Assembly: GCA_903813345.2 (NCBI GenBank)
Contig: CAIIXF020000001.1
Span: 23,932,001 to 23,996,000, forward strand
DNA length: 64,000 nucleotides
Reading direction: 5' to 3'
Origin: Owenia fusiformis
Lineage: Eukaryota
Position numbers and translations under genes: made by a program. The notes beneath the pieces were generated by a model, which saw only the letters and a program-made list of their open reading frames with translations, was not told the DNA's origin and searched no databases. Shown piece after piece: positions 24,401 through 38,216 of the stretch (position 1 is the first letter of the stretch; each line of letters begins with the position of its first letter).

Positions 24401-26810
24401 TCTCACTAGTCTAAAGCAGTTGTATCTCACTAGTCTAAAGCAGTTGTATCTCACTAGTCTTAAAGCAGTTGTATCTCACTAGTCTAAAACAGTTGTATCT
24501 CACTAGTATAAAGCAGTTGTATCTCACTAGTCTAAAGCAGTTGTATCTCACTAGTCTAAAGCAGTTGTATCTCACTAGTCTTAGAGCAGTTGTATCTCAC
24601 TGGTCTAAAGCAGTTGTATCTCACTAGTCTAAAGCAGTTGTATCTCACTAGTCTTAAAGTAGTTGTATCTCACTAGTCTAAAGCAGTTGTATCTCACTAG
24701 TCTAAAGCAGTTGTATCTCACTAGTCTTAAAGCAGTTGTATCTCACTAGTCTAAAGCAAATGTATCTCACTAGTCTAAAGCAGTTGTATCTCACTAGTCT
24801 AAAGCAGTTGTATCTCACATGTCTTAAAGCAGTTGTATCTCACTAGTCTAAAGCAGTTGTATGTCACATGTCTTAAAGTAGTTGTATCTCACTAGTCTAA
24901 AGCAGTTGTATCTCACTAGTCTAAAGCAGTTGTATCTCACTAGTCTTAAAGCAGTTGTATCTCACTAGTCTAAAGCAGTTGTATCTCACTAGTCTAAAGC
25001 AGTTGTATCTCACTAGTCTAAAGCAGTTGTATCTCACTAGTCTTAAAGCAGTTGTATCTCACTAGTCTAAAGCAGTTGTATCTCACTAGTCTAAAGCAGT
25101 TGTATCTCACTAGTCTTAAAGCAGTTGTATCTCACTAGTCTAAAGCAGTTGTATCTCACTAGTCTAAAGCAGTTGTATCTCACTAGTCTAAAGCAGTTGT
25201 ATCTCACTAGTCTAAAGCAGTTGTATCTCACATGTCTTAAAGGAGTTGTATCTCACAAGTCTAAAGCAGTTGTATCTCACTAGTCTAAAGCAGTTGTATC
25301 TCACTAGTCTAAAGCAGTTGTATCTCACTAGTCTAAAGCAGTTGTATCTCACTAGTCTAAAGCAGTTGTATCTCACTAGTCTAAAGCAGTTGTATCTCAC
25401 CAGTCTTAAAGCAGTTGTATCTCACTAGTCTAAAGCAGTTGTATCTCACTAGTCTAAAGCAGTTGTATCTCACTAGTCTTAAAGCAGTTGTATCTCACTA
25501 GTCTAAAGCAGTTGTATCTCACTAGTCTAAAGCAGTTGTATCTCACTAGTCTTAAAGCAGTTGTATCTCACTAGTCTAAAGCAGTTGTATCTCACTAGTC
25601 TAAAGCAGTTGTATCTCACTAGTCTAAAGCAGTTGTATCTCACTAGTCTAAAGCAGTTGTATCTCACATGTCTTAAAGCAGTTGTATCTCACAAGTCTAA
25701 AGCAGTTGTATCTCACTAATCTTAAGCAGTTGTATCTCACTAGTCTAAAGCAGTTGTATCTCACTAGTCTAAAGCAGTTGTATCTCACTAGTCTAAAGCA
25801 GTTGTATCTCACTAGTCTAAAGCAGTTGTATCTCACATGTCTTAAAGCAGTTGTATCTCACAAGTCTAAAGCAGTTGTATCTCACTAGTCTAAAGCAGTT
25901 GTATCTCACTAGTCTAAAGCAGTTGTATCTCACTAGTCTTAAAGCAGTTGTATCTCACTAGTCCAAAGCAGTTGTATCTCACTAGTCTAAAGCAGTTGTA
26001 TCTCAAAGCAGTTGTATCTCAAAGCAGTTGTATTTCAAAGCAGTTATTCACATCAATCTATAAATAGACGCAGATGTAGTCTGCTGTGAGAGGCCAGGAA
26101 AGTACAGCTGTCAAAATTATCTTCTTATGTTCAGCCTGTTTATGTGTTCGTCCTTGCATCAGCTGGTCCAAGGTATAATAAACTCATTTGAACCATCAAG
26201 AATGGAAGTCCATCCTGCTCCGCATCCAACGCGAAGACATTTGAGCCTGCATTGAGTGGGTATCAATCCATAAAAAACTAGATAGAGGTTGATAAACATT
26301 CATCTAAAATGACCATATAATAATATTTTCTATTTGCATAGCTCTCACAATCAGATATGTCTATGTAATTAGATTATACAGTTGGCGTCTCGGTAAAAGC
26401 TGTGGGTATATTTGCTCTACGGCGGCCGTATGGCGGCCGTAGTTTCACATAATCGATATAGTAAATTTACATAGTACTGCTTATCCCTATATTTTATTCT
26501 GCATATTTCTCTCGATTATTTCAGGTTAGGCATGTATGGCAATGTTACTACCAATACAATAGGATTTCGATGTGCCAGTCCTATACAGGTCATCGCCACC
26601 TCAACATTGGCTCCTCCCACTGGGCCTCGTTTCCACAAACTCAGTGAGACTTTTGAGTATAAAGAACAGAAACGAAGAGAAGAGGAACTTAGATTTAAAA
26701 ATGATGGAGAAGACCTGTTTGACATTGAGGATGGGGTTGATATCGAAGATTTAGTTTCGTTTTCCAAACATAATTTAACACTAGGAAATTCCAAACGTGA
26801 TGAACTTTGA
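18444..26810 (+). CDS. SUMF2: Sulfatase-modifying factor 2-like (inactive formylglycine-generating enzyme paralogue), 388 aa, 8 exons
   Basis: Exons 18444-18525 (signal peptide [21 protein letters not shown]), 18811-18958, 19136-19298, 19658-19802, 19965-20020, 20221-20305, 21495-21696, 26525-26810; 1167 nt in phase. Motifs [49 protein letters not shown]-terminal RDEL. Lacks the SUMF1 catalytic C-x4-C after GGS. Confidence 0.88.
20838..21327. mobile_element. MITE, copy 2 (TIR GGAGAGGTTAAGC, TSD AAT), in a SUMF2 intron
   Basis: AAT|GGAGAGG...CCTCTCC|AAT; near-identical to 4193-4995 without the nested insert. Confidence 0.9.
22761..23466. mobile_element. About 700-bp MITE (TIR AGGAGTGGTATCGATATGG), copy 1; possibly Kolobok-like
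   Basis: Inverted termini ...CCATATCGATACCTATCCT; homologous to 38217-38900 in opposite orientation. Confidence 0.8.
23753..26046. repeat. Minisatellite, 24-bp unit AGTCTAAAGCAGTTGTATCTCACT, about 90-95 copies, with 25-bp variants
   Basis: Direct tandem array without spacers in the last SUMF2 intron; ends in truncated 16-bp units. Confidence 0.97.
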
Positions 26811-29061
26811 CGAATTTAATATAGAACATGGTGGTCCATAGCCCATAGAAACAAAACCTAATAAAAACGGGCCTACCTTAAATGCATATTGTGAAACTTT
26901 CATACGTACTAATTCAAATCCCTAAAGATGAGGGGATGCGCGAGCATGTCTAGCCCGAAAATAGGTTTTTTTTAACTCAGAATGTTTGGCCCAACACAAG
27001 ATGCTACGCAAAATACGTTTTAGAGACTTCATATATCAATAGACCTTCCAGATTTTGACACTTTAAGTGTGTTACAACAATTTTGCAGTACATTATTCTG
27101 AAAAAGTCTTCAAAGAACACTTTCACGTGTAATTAGTATGTATGTTAGGAGCAAGACGAAAAATCCGTAACTTAAACTTTAAGAACTTTTAAATAATAAC
27201 CTAGTTTCTATAGGTCGATAACGACCGGGCTCAATTTATATTGTAATTTTATATATATGTACCTACTTTAGAGTGTGAATTATTCAAGTAACTAGCTATA
27301 AATACAGAAAAATATCATATCTTTTAAAAATACTTTGAGGAATATGATTCAGCACAGTAAAGTATACTATTTAAGTTGATTATGGTCAATCGGGTGCAGT
27401 GTTGGAAGGATATCCGAAATCAACAGTGTTCTAAACACAATATGGCATATAATATGTGCGCACTTCAGCCTTTCTTTCAAAACTTTAACTGCTTGTCATT
27501 CTAGTCAATTTATAGCATACCTGTAAATTGTTGTATGCCTCTTGAATCAAATAAATAAATGAAAAAATAGATAAAAGCTCTTGTTCGACGTAATTCGACA
27601 TACAAACGCAAATGTACGTACATGTAAACACCTTAGACTTAACATATTTCACGGGTACTAAAACAAGACCTAAACACACTGTGAGCATATTGCATGCCAT
27701 GTGCCTTAGCCATGGTGCTGCCGAGCAAGCTTACGGTATCCTAAGATCTGGTTAATACCCGTGATATTTGGAGACTATCGTCTAGAGACTGTTTAAAATT
27801 GTGATAAGTAGGTGACAATTGGAGTTTTCTAAGGTGATGAATAATATTATTTGGCTAAGTGAGAAACATTACCAGACACCACCCAGTCGTGCAATATTGT
27901 TTGATATTATTTCTGAAATATGAATATCTAGATCTTGACCAGCTAACATGTGGCCTTCAGTGTGGCATTGTTGATATTGTAAGTTATGTTATTATTTCAA
28001 TTTGTCATCGAATTAGGCTAAATGAATGGCTGGATTAGTTTAATCAAGTCGAATAAAACTCAAAGCACGATTGATTTGATTAAACAATGAGTCTTGTTTA
28101 TAGCATTAACGACAACATTATTGATTTTGCTTTTTTGCGTTTAAGTTTTCTAACATTTTATAATTCATTTTTTCTCTGAACCACTTTATTCGTTTTTACG
28201 AAATGTGTTGATTCCTTTACTATTTTTCAACAAATTTCTGATAGTAAGGAGAATACATACACCATTTTATGACACATTTTTTGGGATATACCCCAAAGAT
28301 TGTAAATTATCATTTACAAAAACTCATAACTGTTTGTGCGCATATCGAAAATATACCGATTATCTTCATGCGAGTCATATTTCAATAAATACAAGGACTC
28401 GTTTTTTCATGGGTTGTGCAGCAGACAGTCAAACCTCCAAACAGCGAACACCATGGTGCGTTAAGTATTTCCCATGCCAAAGTTTTGTAAGATGGCTGTA
28501 TCGGGAATTAGTTTTGCTGGAAGACGGATTGATTCCGGATGCATCCATCTTGCTTGGTATATTATGTTCCGTGTAGTTGTTCATCATTTTATGTTTGTTG
28601 TATTTATATAGGGAACAATTAGCTTGTCCAATAATTGATTACTATATATATATACATGTATTGTTGAGTTATTTTGACATAAATTACAATAAAAAATAAA
28701 AATAGGTTTCATGGATTTTTTGATAACATTAGGTACATGTAAGACAATGTAAATTGGATAAGACAATGTTAAAGCCAAATTGGTTTGAACACGATCCGAC
28801 ATATGAGGTAATCAATGGCTTGATTGATTGCTTTTACGGATTCCGTGGCCGTAAACTAGAACGACAATGAACCCTGCATGAATTAAAACGGAACAAAGCC
28901 TTATCTAGGCCCCTTACAGAATAAATTTATGATACGCAGTCGCAGTACCAGGTACTTGGGATTATGGTCAAAGTGGTAGCAGCAAATTAAGGTGCAAAAT
29001 GGTAGAATTATTCCTTTTAAAAAGAATATCGATTTTATTTAAATTACTAGTGTTACTGCCT

Positions 29062-32000
29062 GAGCTATTGGAGTTTTTTAGAAATAGCCACGTTGTTACG
29101 CGGTAAACACGATACAAAAATATGTCATATTCCGCAACGAATATGGCATATTCACTTGCGGTGTAGGACAGATTCACCTGCGGTATATGGCATACACACT
29201 AACCAATGAGAATGTGATACGGAAGTACCCAATTGTCAATTGCATCGATTGAACGAACAAGTACAAAACGTTATAAATTATTATAATGATTACTGAATCA
29301 AACATTATCGAATATATTAACTTAGCAGAAGTATCAGTCGTGTAATAAACTTACTCAATCAATCCAGGATTCATATATTAGTACTCGACCAGAGGGGGAG
29401 AAACACCAGAGTTCAAAGATGACATACGCTTATAATGTTAATCTGTATTGAGATGACATCGTTGCTGATTGGTCAAAAGTCGACAAACAAATGACGTCAT
29501 CAATGGCGGTTTCAAAATTTTCGAAATACGCTTCGAATAATACTATGTTCATTTCTGGCGTGTTAACCAATATCATAGCTTCTCATTTCACATCAAGTTA
29601 AAGAAAGGTGTACAGAATATGCCTATCAGTCAAGCCACGAATCTCTTTCACATTTGATCAATGTAGAAGTTGAAAAAATGAAATTTTAGATTGAGATATA
29701 AATGCATATACCATTAGCCATGGGGTTTAAGAAGCGTTTCTCAAAATATTTTTATTACCCTTTAAACAATTACTTGATTGTGCATCAAAACGTAAATATA
29801 CTCTTAAATTGCTGGTGTCGATGATGGTGCATACATAGGCTTACATTGATTCATGTTTCAAAATTAATTTTGAGTTTAAAGATAAACTAATGTATTAAGT
29901 TTGAAATATTTAATCACATGAACAAAAATAAATTGCAATAGTTGTTGTTTATCTTAACAAGAGAATTTTATTAAGATAATCGTTGAAATACATTGTTTTG
30001 AGTTTCCCTAAAGATAATTAATTTCAAGATTTTGTTTTCTAAGCTAAATAATATGCCAAGTCAATTCCTCGATCGACAAAATGAATGTACAAATTAGACA
30101 CACATGTCTTCTTACATCAAAATACAACATTGTTCCGAATAGGTCAATCATTCCTCCTTGTGATATTAAGTGTTATTTAACAGTGTCGCTGATGGTCGCT
30201 TAGGTTTTTAAACAATAACGTACATAATTTACACATTTAAGGTCGTCTTTTATTGCAATTAAAGCATGTAAATATTTCTCCAATGAGTATCCCCTTTACA
30301 CGAGAACATTTCCCGGAATCATGAAACCAGTCGGGGCATTTAGAGCACTTGATCCATTCGAACTGCGATTGTAAATACGAATAATAGTTAACACCGCATG
30401 CCTTGCAAATATTTACAGTGTCTGTTCTTTTTATCGGGCCTTTCCTTTTCTTCGCGGAAACCATTGTGTCTGAAGACTTTGAACTTGTTGATGGGGTTAT
30501 TAAAGGCCGACGCTTCAATGTGGTTGAAAGAGTGGAAACGTCGGAGGGCGTCGATGCTTTACTTGACGTACTGGGTGTCGGGTGTGCTCGTCGTGTGGTC
30601 CGTTTTGGTTTTAAAGATGGTTGCTCGGTGACCACCTTAGCTGCCTGCTGGGTCTTCCTAACGGTTATAAGGTTGTTCCTTTGCCAACCACAGGGTGAGG
30701 ATGACGTATCTGTTCTGCATGCGTCACAATAGCACGATAATTCTCGCGTTTCAACAATATTATCGGAAACCCCTCTCACAGCATTGATTCGAAAGGTACC
30801 TGATACTGGTTTAAGTCCAGTCGCCCTATCTTCAATGTTTTAATAATGCGTTCTGGGATTTCTTGGATTTTCATTTGTGCCCTGGCAGTTTCACTTTGAG
30901 ACTCTGAGCGTTCCCTTCAGTCTGGCGTGTTTTGATTGTTTCTCTATACACTTGGCGTATGCGTGCCCTGTATTCCCGGGATGCCTTGTCGTTCTTTTCT
31001 CTGATCCGTTGAAGAGCTTCAGCAGACAGGTTATTTCTCGGTGTATACGATGCTCGCTGTCGCAATCGTTCTTGCTCTGAGTAGCCTTTGGTATCTTTCT
31101 TTTTCTTTCTCTCCCTGTACTGTAGTCTTAGGGAACGACGACACTTCTCGGCGTTGGTGAGTGCCATATTCATATATCATCAGAAAGGTCTAATAAGTAA
31201 GACAGATCTGTTAATGAGAGTGTGGGAAGTTATGCACATTAATAAAATGTCACAAAACTGATTATCCCAATGAAATATTTATTGTTTTACAATAATGGCA
31301 AGAAATACATTTCGTCTAGTGGTACACTGAACGAAACGTTTATAAATTAAGAAGTATCGGGGAATGTGCATCTATATTTGTCAGTGATTTTATAAAACTA
31401 TGAACTGCTCAATCATCCCAATTCTTGTGTCACATTACCATAGCATTTCAAAACAAACAGAATATGCATCATAAGTAAATAACATGATCTGCTTAATAGA
31501 TTCAATTTTACTTATCACTAAACGTTGTAATCACAATTAACAATATGCTCTAAATCCTTAGCTCGGTATCACTGTAAAATGCTACACATACAACAAAATA
31601 GTCATTTAATGAATGTAGGTTAATTCAACAAATATATAGCATTCGATTATACATGTGACCTACTTAATATGTGGATAGTATTTTGGAGTCGTATGTGGTG
31701 GAGTCGTTGATGGTCGTAAATATCTCAATCTTTACGTGGTCAAAGAATAACATCAACAAAGCGTATTTTTATATTATCAATATATATTGAGACAAACCGT
31801 CAACACCATTACTTAACATTGAAACCTGATTTTGATTGAAAGCAGAGTGCAAAGACAACGTACTTGTAGAGTCGATGATGATTTTGAAAAATAGTACTTT
31901 ACGTCGAAAAATACGTAACAAGCTAAATATGTTATATTCAAATGTATTTTGAAAATGTTTTACATCCGTTAATAAGGCAATTTATATTTCAAAGAAGTAA

Positions 32001-33000
32001 ATGGGGGATTATCATGAATAGTGCAGAGGCTTCTCCACACCGTTGATTTCAAGCATGGTGTCGATGATGGTGCCTTCGAGGGCTACACATACTTAATGTC
32101 GATTTTCCAATAGTAAATTAGCAAATAAATTAATTCCAGCTAACGTACAATCGTCACGATGCAGTCTTTATGATGAAATTGTCAATTATCATAACAAAAT
32201 ACGTTCCAGAATATAAAAAAGTTACTGTCAATCAACATAAGGGTGATCGGTTACAAGGCAAAAAATGATAGTTTGGAATGTTCGACGATTGATAATGCGT
32301 TCAGCTTTTATAACCCTGAGATAAAAACTAAATGATAATTTGCAGGATTAAGAGACGTTTAATTTGATACCAAATACTCATGGTAGAGCGTATATTAAAT
32401 AGCGGAATAAAAACATATAGTCATGTAACATAAAATTCGTTATAATGAAAGGAATACGTGGCCTGAGTGCTATGTCAATTAAAACATCTCATCGAAGTGT
32501 AGTATTTGATAACTAGCCAATGAAAAATCGAACGAACGAAGGTGGTAAGCAAGAGAGGTAATTATGTCTGTCATCTTTAAACTCTGGGGCTTTCCCTCCT
32601 CTTGTACTCGACGCACTAACTATATTGGTAATCCAGCGTAGTTTTACATTTAGAGTCGATTCTCGCAACCAATCAAATCAAGGCTTTCTGTATCACGTTT
32701 TCACCTGCGGTATATGTCATATTCACCTGCGGTATATGGCATATTCCGCAAGTGAGTATGACATATTCCGCAGGTGAGTATCGGGTATTCACTGAAATCA
32801 ATGTATCGCATATTCACTGCGGAATATCGCATACTCACCTGCGGAATATGCCATATACCGCAGGTGAGTATGGCATATTCACCCGTATCACAAATACCGC
32901 GCAACCATGAATGTATGCCATATCCCGCGTAACACACGTCATGGAAAGTTTTCGAAAACAAAAATATTGTAAAATTGTGACAATTTAAAAAACTCAACTC
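29062..33000 (-). mobile_element. Internally deleted Sola2-like DNA transposon
   Basis: GAG...CTC termini (GAGCTATTGGAGTTTTTTA / TAAAAAACTCAACTC), arrays of TCACCTGCGGTATATGGCATA-type subterminal repeats at both ends, a further inverted pair at about 29392-29425 and 32566-32600, and transposase-like ORF fragments inside. Confidence 0.6.
30237..31173 (-). pseudogene. Transposase remnants: N-terminus (MALTNAEKCRR..YRERKK) and, in another ORF, the C-terminus (GT.RINAV..RELSCYC..C) with a PHD finger
   Basis: ORFs 30871-31173 and 30237-30779. PHD-like C..C...WIKC..C..WFH...C...FTC..C. No room for a catalytic core between the two pieces. Confidence 0.6.
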
Positions 33001-35849
33001 GTTTCTGGGTCTTAGTTGCATGGCTTTTTCAAGTTTTCTTTTCATTTATTTTAATGAATGTTTGCACTATCCTATAGTAAAGTAAGATAAATAGTACGAA
33101 AAATAGCGATTACAAAACCGTCTCCGTGTGACATAAATATCTGTGGATTTCTTCAAAAGTTAAGTTTACGTACAATTCAATTATAGACTACAACCATGTT
33201 GTTATAAGAGAATTGATGATGATTGCCTGTTTCGGAGCAGATTGAACAACGGAATGATTACTAAAGATGTTATTACATGTATTATGTAAACACTATAGTT
33301 CCCGGTAGCCACAATTGATTGTTCGGCTTCTTATCGTTGTTGGCATAGACGTTGCAATTAGGGTACAAATGGTTCTACCTTCGGTGACATTTCACTTGAA
33401 CGAGATAGAAAACCGTTTTACCATGAATATAATACGCTTGAAATCCACAAAAGTAATCTGACAAAAGTAGTTAAAAAACAGTAATTACTCAACATTTAAA
33501 GTTCTCTGGTTCTCAAGGGACAATTAATTTAACAAAAAGCACCAAAGAAATAATTTAGAAAGACATTATTTTCTTTTCACAGTCGAAATTACACTTTTCC
33601 CAACCCTCTCTATGGCGACAGGCTGACTAGGTTCAGAGCATCAATTCTTCACTTCACTTGCATGAACCAAAATTGGCTGAAATATAGTAGCCCAGACATA
33701 ACAAGTCATGATTCTGTTTTTAATATGTTTTTGCTTTTCAGTCCATTTCAATAGTACAATGTGGACTCCTAAAGAAACTTCCTATTTTACAAAACTTCTC
33801 ATTTTAAGGGTGTTTTATTTATTTTTTGTCTTACTCGTTGTTCTTACGTTTTCGAAGACAAAATGATTTTTAAAAAAATCTAAATTTTGTTAAAAATAAT
33901 ATAATTTTAATTTAAGTGTTAGGCATACGTTTTGATACTCAACGAAACAGTGAGTTACAGGAAACGCGTCACTTTAAAATTATGACAAAGCTTTTATACT
34001 CTTTCTACAATTAAAATGTGCAAATATTCTTTCGGAAGTGTGCAATAAGTCGATTCCCTAGATGTAGTAAAAAACTTTATTTATGATGTTTAATCAGTAA
34101 TATACATTATTACTAATCGTCGTGATTCAACTGTAATAAATCGTAGCATTTATCGCTTATACATTTATAACTCTTGTAAAAAGCCAAGTAGATACTTATG
34201 ATGTAGCTAAGTAATTTCACAGTGAATGCAGAACAAACAGTAATCTAATAATCGTCTTTATCATTACTTCATGGAATGTAAACTTAAGTTACATTTAATC
34301 ATGAAAACTTCCAATAATGGAATTAAAAACTAATATTTAAACTGATGGAAATGGTGTCCATGAGTGGATGAGCACATTTCTAATCATATTCCTATCACAA
34401 ATATGCAAACAATAATTTCAAAGAACAAGTCATTAATCGTTGGAATTTAGAACTCTATCCACTTTGTTAATATCCTATGATTTATTTATAAATCAGCTAA
34501 AATGCGAAGTCGTTTATATCCACCGTTTGTATGTGAGTGGTCCACTCCTTCCAGTACTTAAAGGCCCTAGTAGAGATAAATCGGTATTTTCCCGTTCTTT
34601 GGCTGCATTTTGAAATACTCAAAAGTTTTCCACCCCAACACTTTCCAGGGGCGTCTCTAGTGTTTTTTCAAAGAGGATGCGTCTACATCTCATAGCCATC
34701 ATGGGTTGCATTTGAAACCTAGCTTTTCTACTTCTTTTTCCAAAGCATATCTTCGTCTTTCCCTGAGTCTCCTTCTCCAATGAACCCATGACGCCCATGT
34801 TTTTTGATAATAACATGGATTATGTTAATCTTATCGAGAGAGAAAACTGGGATTGGGCATTCTTCACAGGGGCATTATTGTACCACAGTGATATACTTGA
34901 CATATAATGACTTATATTTGTGCTTGTAATGTCCTTTTACATGAGACATTGTCAAAATATCCAACAGAATTGAATAGTTTGTTACGGTCTTGTGTTAGTG
35001 GCTTTTATGTTGAGTCGGACTCGAAGACCCGCATTGTCTAAGTAGGTGTGGCAGACAAACGGAGGATTGTTATTGGGAAGATCAGAATCACAGAATGGAC
35101 TGGTATTTGTGGGACGGGGTCTATGCTACTATATGTTGTATTTACATTTCATAGCGCCACCTGGTGAATACATATCCCCTGGTGGCAAAGCTGCTATTAC
35201 CGAGTTGGAATATCTGTTATAAATGATGACCTCCTGAAAATACATACAAATATATATTTTGAGATAGCGTTTTTATAGCATATGAGCCGCTGGTATAGTA
35301 TTGTTTTGAATACAAGGTAGTATATGAAGTTTTATATAGCCCTTTAAAAGTCATATAGAAGACGTAAATGTTGATTAGAATTACTATCTCAGCTGAAATA
35401 TGAATTCCCAAAGCATCATGGTAATAATTACAAACTAATCTCTTGTGTAAAACTCACTGGCCTACGATATAAACAGAAGCAAACTATGCTCCTTCCTAAA
35501 AATTTGAATTCATTCATAAGTCATGAGATCTACATGTAAATTCAGAATGAGGCTTTCACATCTCAATGAAAAACAGTGGAGGAATTCCTACACACTTTTT
35601 TATGATGTCATTCGGGTTAAAACACAATTTTGAAGGTGGGATGATTCCAACCATATTCAAATAGTTAACTTTGAATATGGATTAAAGTTTAACAGTATCA
35701 AGGTAATTAGTTATCTTGAGATGATATCCCATAGTAGATTTTGCCAATTGACTTGTATTTCTTCTATTTGGCTTTAATATAAGTTGACAAATATTCATAT
35801 TTACTTACTATGTATAATAAATCAAAAACTGCCAACTACACCTTAGAGT

Positions 35850-36320
35850 CATAATCACTGTTCCACAGCTGGATGACTCTAACCGCAGTTAGCTTCATTC
35901 AAAATGGTTGCCAAATTTAACTAAGCTGAATTTTTATTCAAAAAGTTTCGCCATGCAAACCAATAAACCTGTGATTGTAAAAAACACAAATAAATACCCA
36001 CACACCCGCGATATTAGAGAATTTGAAAGAAAACTGCTTCACTTAGAATGACGAATTGATGATGACAACTTCAGTTAGAGTCATTCTAGGTGAATCTGTC
36101 TTCTTTAAAATTCTTCCATATCGTCGTGGTTGTTAGAGCATTTATCTGTGGTTAGTTGTTTACAATAGCAGCTTTATTAGTTAGCATGGCGAAGCATTTG
36201 GAAACCAGATTCAACTTAGTTTAGCTGAAATCAGAGGTTTATCGAAATCGAAAGAAAGGCAACCATTTTGAATGAAGCTAACTGCAGTTAGAGTCATCCA
36301 GGTGTGGAACAATAATTATG
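35850..36320. mobile_element. MITE with about 60-bp TIRs
   Basis: TGTTCCACAGCTGGATGACTCTAACCGCAGTTAGCTTCATTCAAAATGGTTGCC and its near-perfect reverse complement at about 36258-36311. Confidence 0.75.
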
Positions 36321-37257
36321 GTTATTTTACAAGGCATTGTCCCAAAAGAACTTCAATTGTGTCGTTCATATAAAAAAATGTTGACATCATTGGTCTTCTA
36401 GACTTACTTAATAAGGAGTTCGAGTCAATTAAGAGGCCCCAGAGTCTCATTTTGTCTACACTTACGTGAACAATTATTTTGTAATTTTTGCAAATTAGTC
36501 ATGCCGACCAACCTTAGATTCCAATCCATTCGATTCATGTGAATGGTGGATTGGATCGGGAATCTTCAAAATATGGAATTGCCACAGTTTAAAACTCGGA
36601 TTAAATATTATGCTGAAAGAGTGATGTACGTTTTAAAAATTTAATCTGAGGAATACATAAAGAATATGTGTTTAATTTCGTGTGTATTCGCTTAGAAAAA
36701 CGTTAAGCTTAACTTTCTGATTATGTTAAAATATTCTCGAGCAGTGCTTGATTTTTTCGTAACATCTACCCACAAAATTTATCGGTTGGAAAATGTTATT
36801 TTTCACATTTCCCTTGATTTTTTCCCCTGTTGCCTAAGAGTGTCGAATAGTTTTATGAGAATATGTTCATATGTCTAAACTACACAATATACACTATAAC
36901 AATCCACCTTTTATAATTTTTAATCCTTACCCTAAGATGTTTGAAAAATAGAGAGCTAGAATCTGTCCTCAAAACCAAATAGGAATGATTGAAACGGATA
37001 TCATTATTTCTTCTATATGGCGCTCAATTTATTTTGAGTTATTTCTAAAATTACGAACACGTTGTGGCGCATTGTGTAACTTTGATGTAGGTAGGCGAAC
37101 ATGAATAGTTGAGCAAAACCATGCACGTAACGTAACGGAACAGATGGGACTGGAGGTAGAGACAATAGTGTCGAACATGATATCGTGAATTACAGTTTCA
37201 AGGTTCCAGGTGTTTAATCGAGGTATTGATCAATAGTTAGTGGGTTTGATGGATATA

Positions 37258-37886
37258 CAGGGTGGGCCAAAAACGTCCACATTTTTATTTCGATACAATT
37301 TTTTGATAATGCATTGATTTCCATAAAGTTTTGGCAGGATATGCAGAAATCAATTTTACAAATGTTCTAAAACTGGAATAAATCAGTTTTAAGGGGTTTC
37401 TGAAAATGAAGGTGAATAGACACAAGGGGTCTATATGAAAAATTATTTCTGATCATTCAAAGCAAAAGGGTGTATTGAGAAAAAAGAAGATAAGATGGAC
37501 TGGTTCAACACCAAGATGGACTGGTTCAACATCAAGAAAATACGGAATTGGCAGACGAAAGTTAGGATGAAAAATTATGTTCTCTTATTGACATGTGATT
37601 TATATTTAGTATTAATCGTTAAGGGCAATGAAGAAACAGGTTCTTTAATGTGTTGGCTCGATCAAGCACCGCGCTGATCTTTCTTGCCACAAATAAGATT
37701 TTGGAATAGCTTTCACTGTGAACACAGATTTTCCAAAAATCACCATTTTCTCTTGATGATTAATCATTTTTTCTTCTTGCTTATTCGGCTTGAGATACTA
37801 TTATCCATGAGATATTGAAATCCATGCATTTTCAAAAAAGTTATATTGAAATAAAAAATATATATAGACGTTTTTGGCCCACTGTG
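37258..37886. mobile_element. Tc1/mariner-type MITE (CAGGGTGGGCCAAAAACGTC), TA TSD
   Basis: TA|CAGGGTGGGCCAAAAACGT...ACGTTTTTGGCCCACTGTG|TA; relative at 42822-43452. Confidence 0.8.
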
Positions 37887-38216
37887 TATATACATGTAAC
37901 TAAATCACGATTTGATTAATAACTGCTTAGCTTCAATTATGAATTATTTATATGACGAACTTACAGATTGTAATTACAGATTGTAAATAGTTAGAGTGAT
38001 ATTATTTACATGCAACCTTTGTCTTCGTTTTATCCCATTGTTGGTACACTTTGGAATTCACTAGACGTTAAAAGTCAAGTGAAACAAAAGTGAGGAATTA
38101 TATGGATGATTTTGGCGCAAACAGTTTGAGAGCTGCACCACAGTGATCATATGTTTCAGAGAGTGGTTTGCGAAAGGATCAGTTGGTGGAACGCTAGAAT
38201 CATCTATTTTCTTTAA

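Noticed and set aside
23753-26046. CRISPR-like array or repeat protein (LYLTSLKQ)n
   Set aside because: Units are head-to-tail with no unique spacers, no cas genes are present, 25-bp variants break the frame, and the array is intronic.
32701-33045. 114-aa ORF with repeated CGI/LTCG motifs
   Set aside because: Translation of the transposon's subterminal repeats.
34619-34816. ORF containing FGKR, a possible second neuropeptide
   Set aside because: No signal peptide, no recognisable peptide motif and no splice support.
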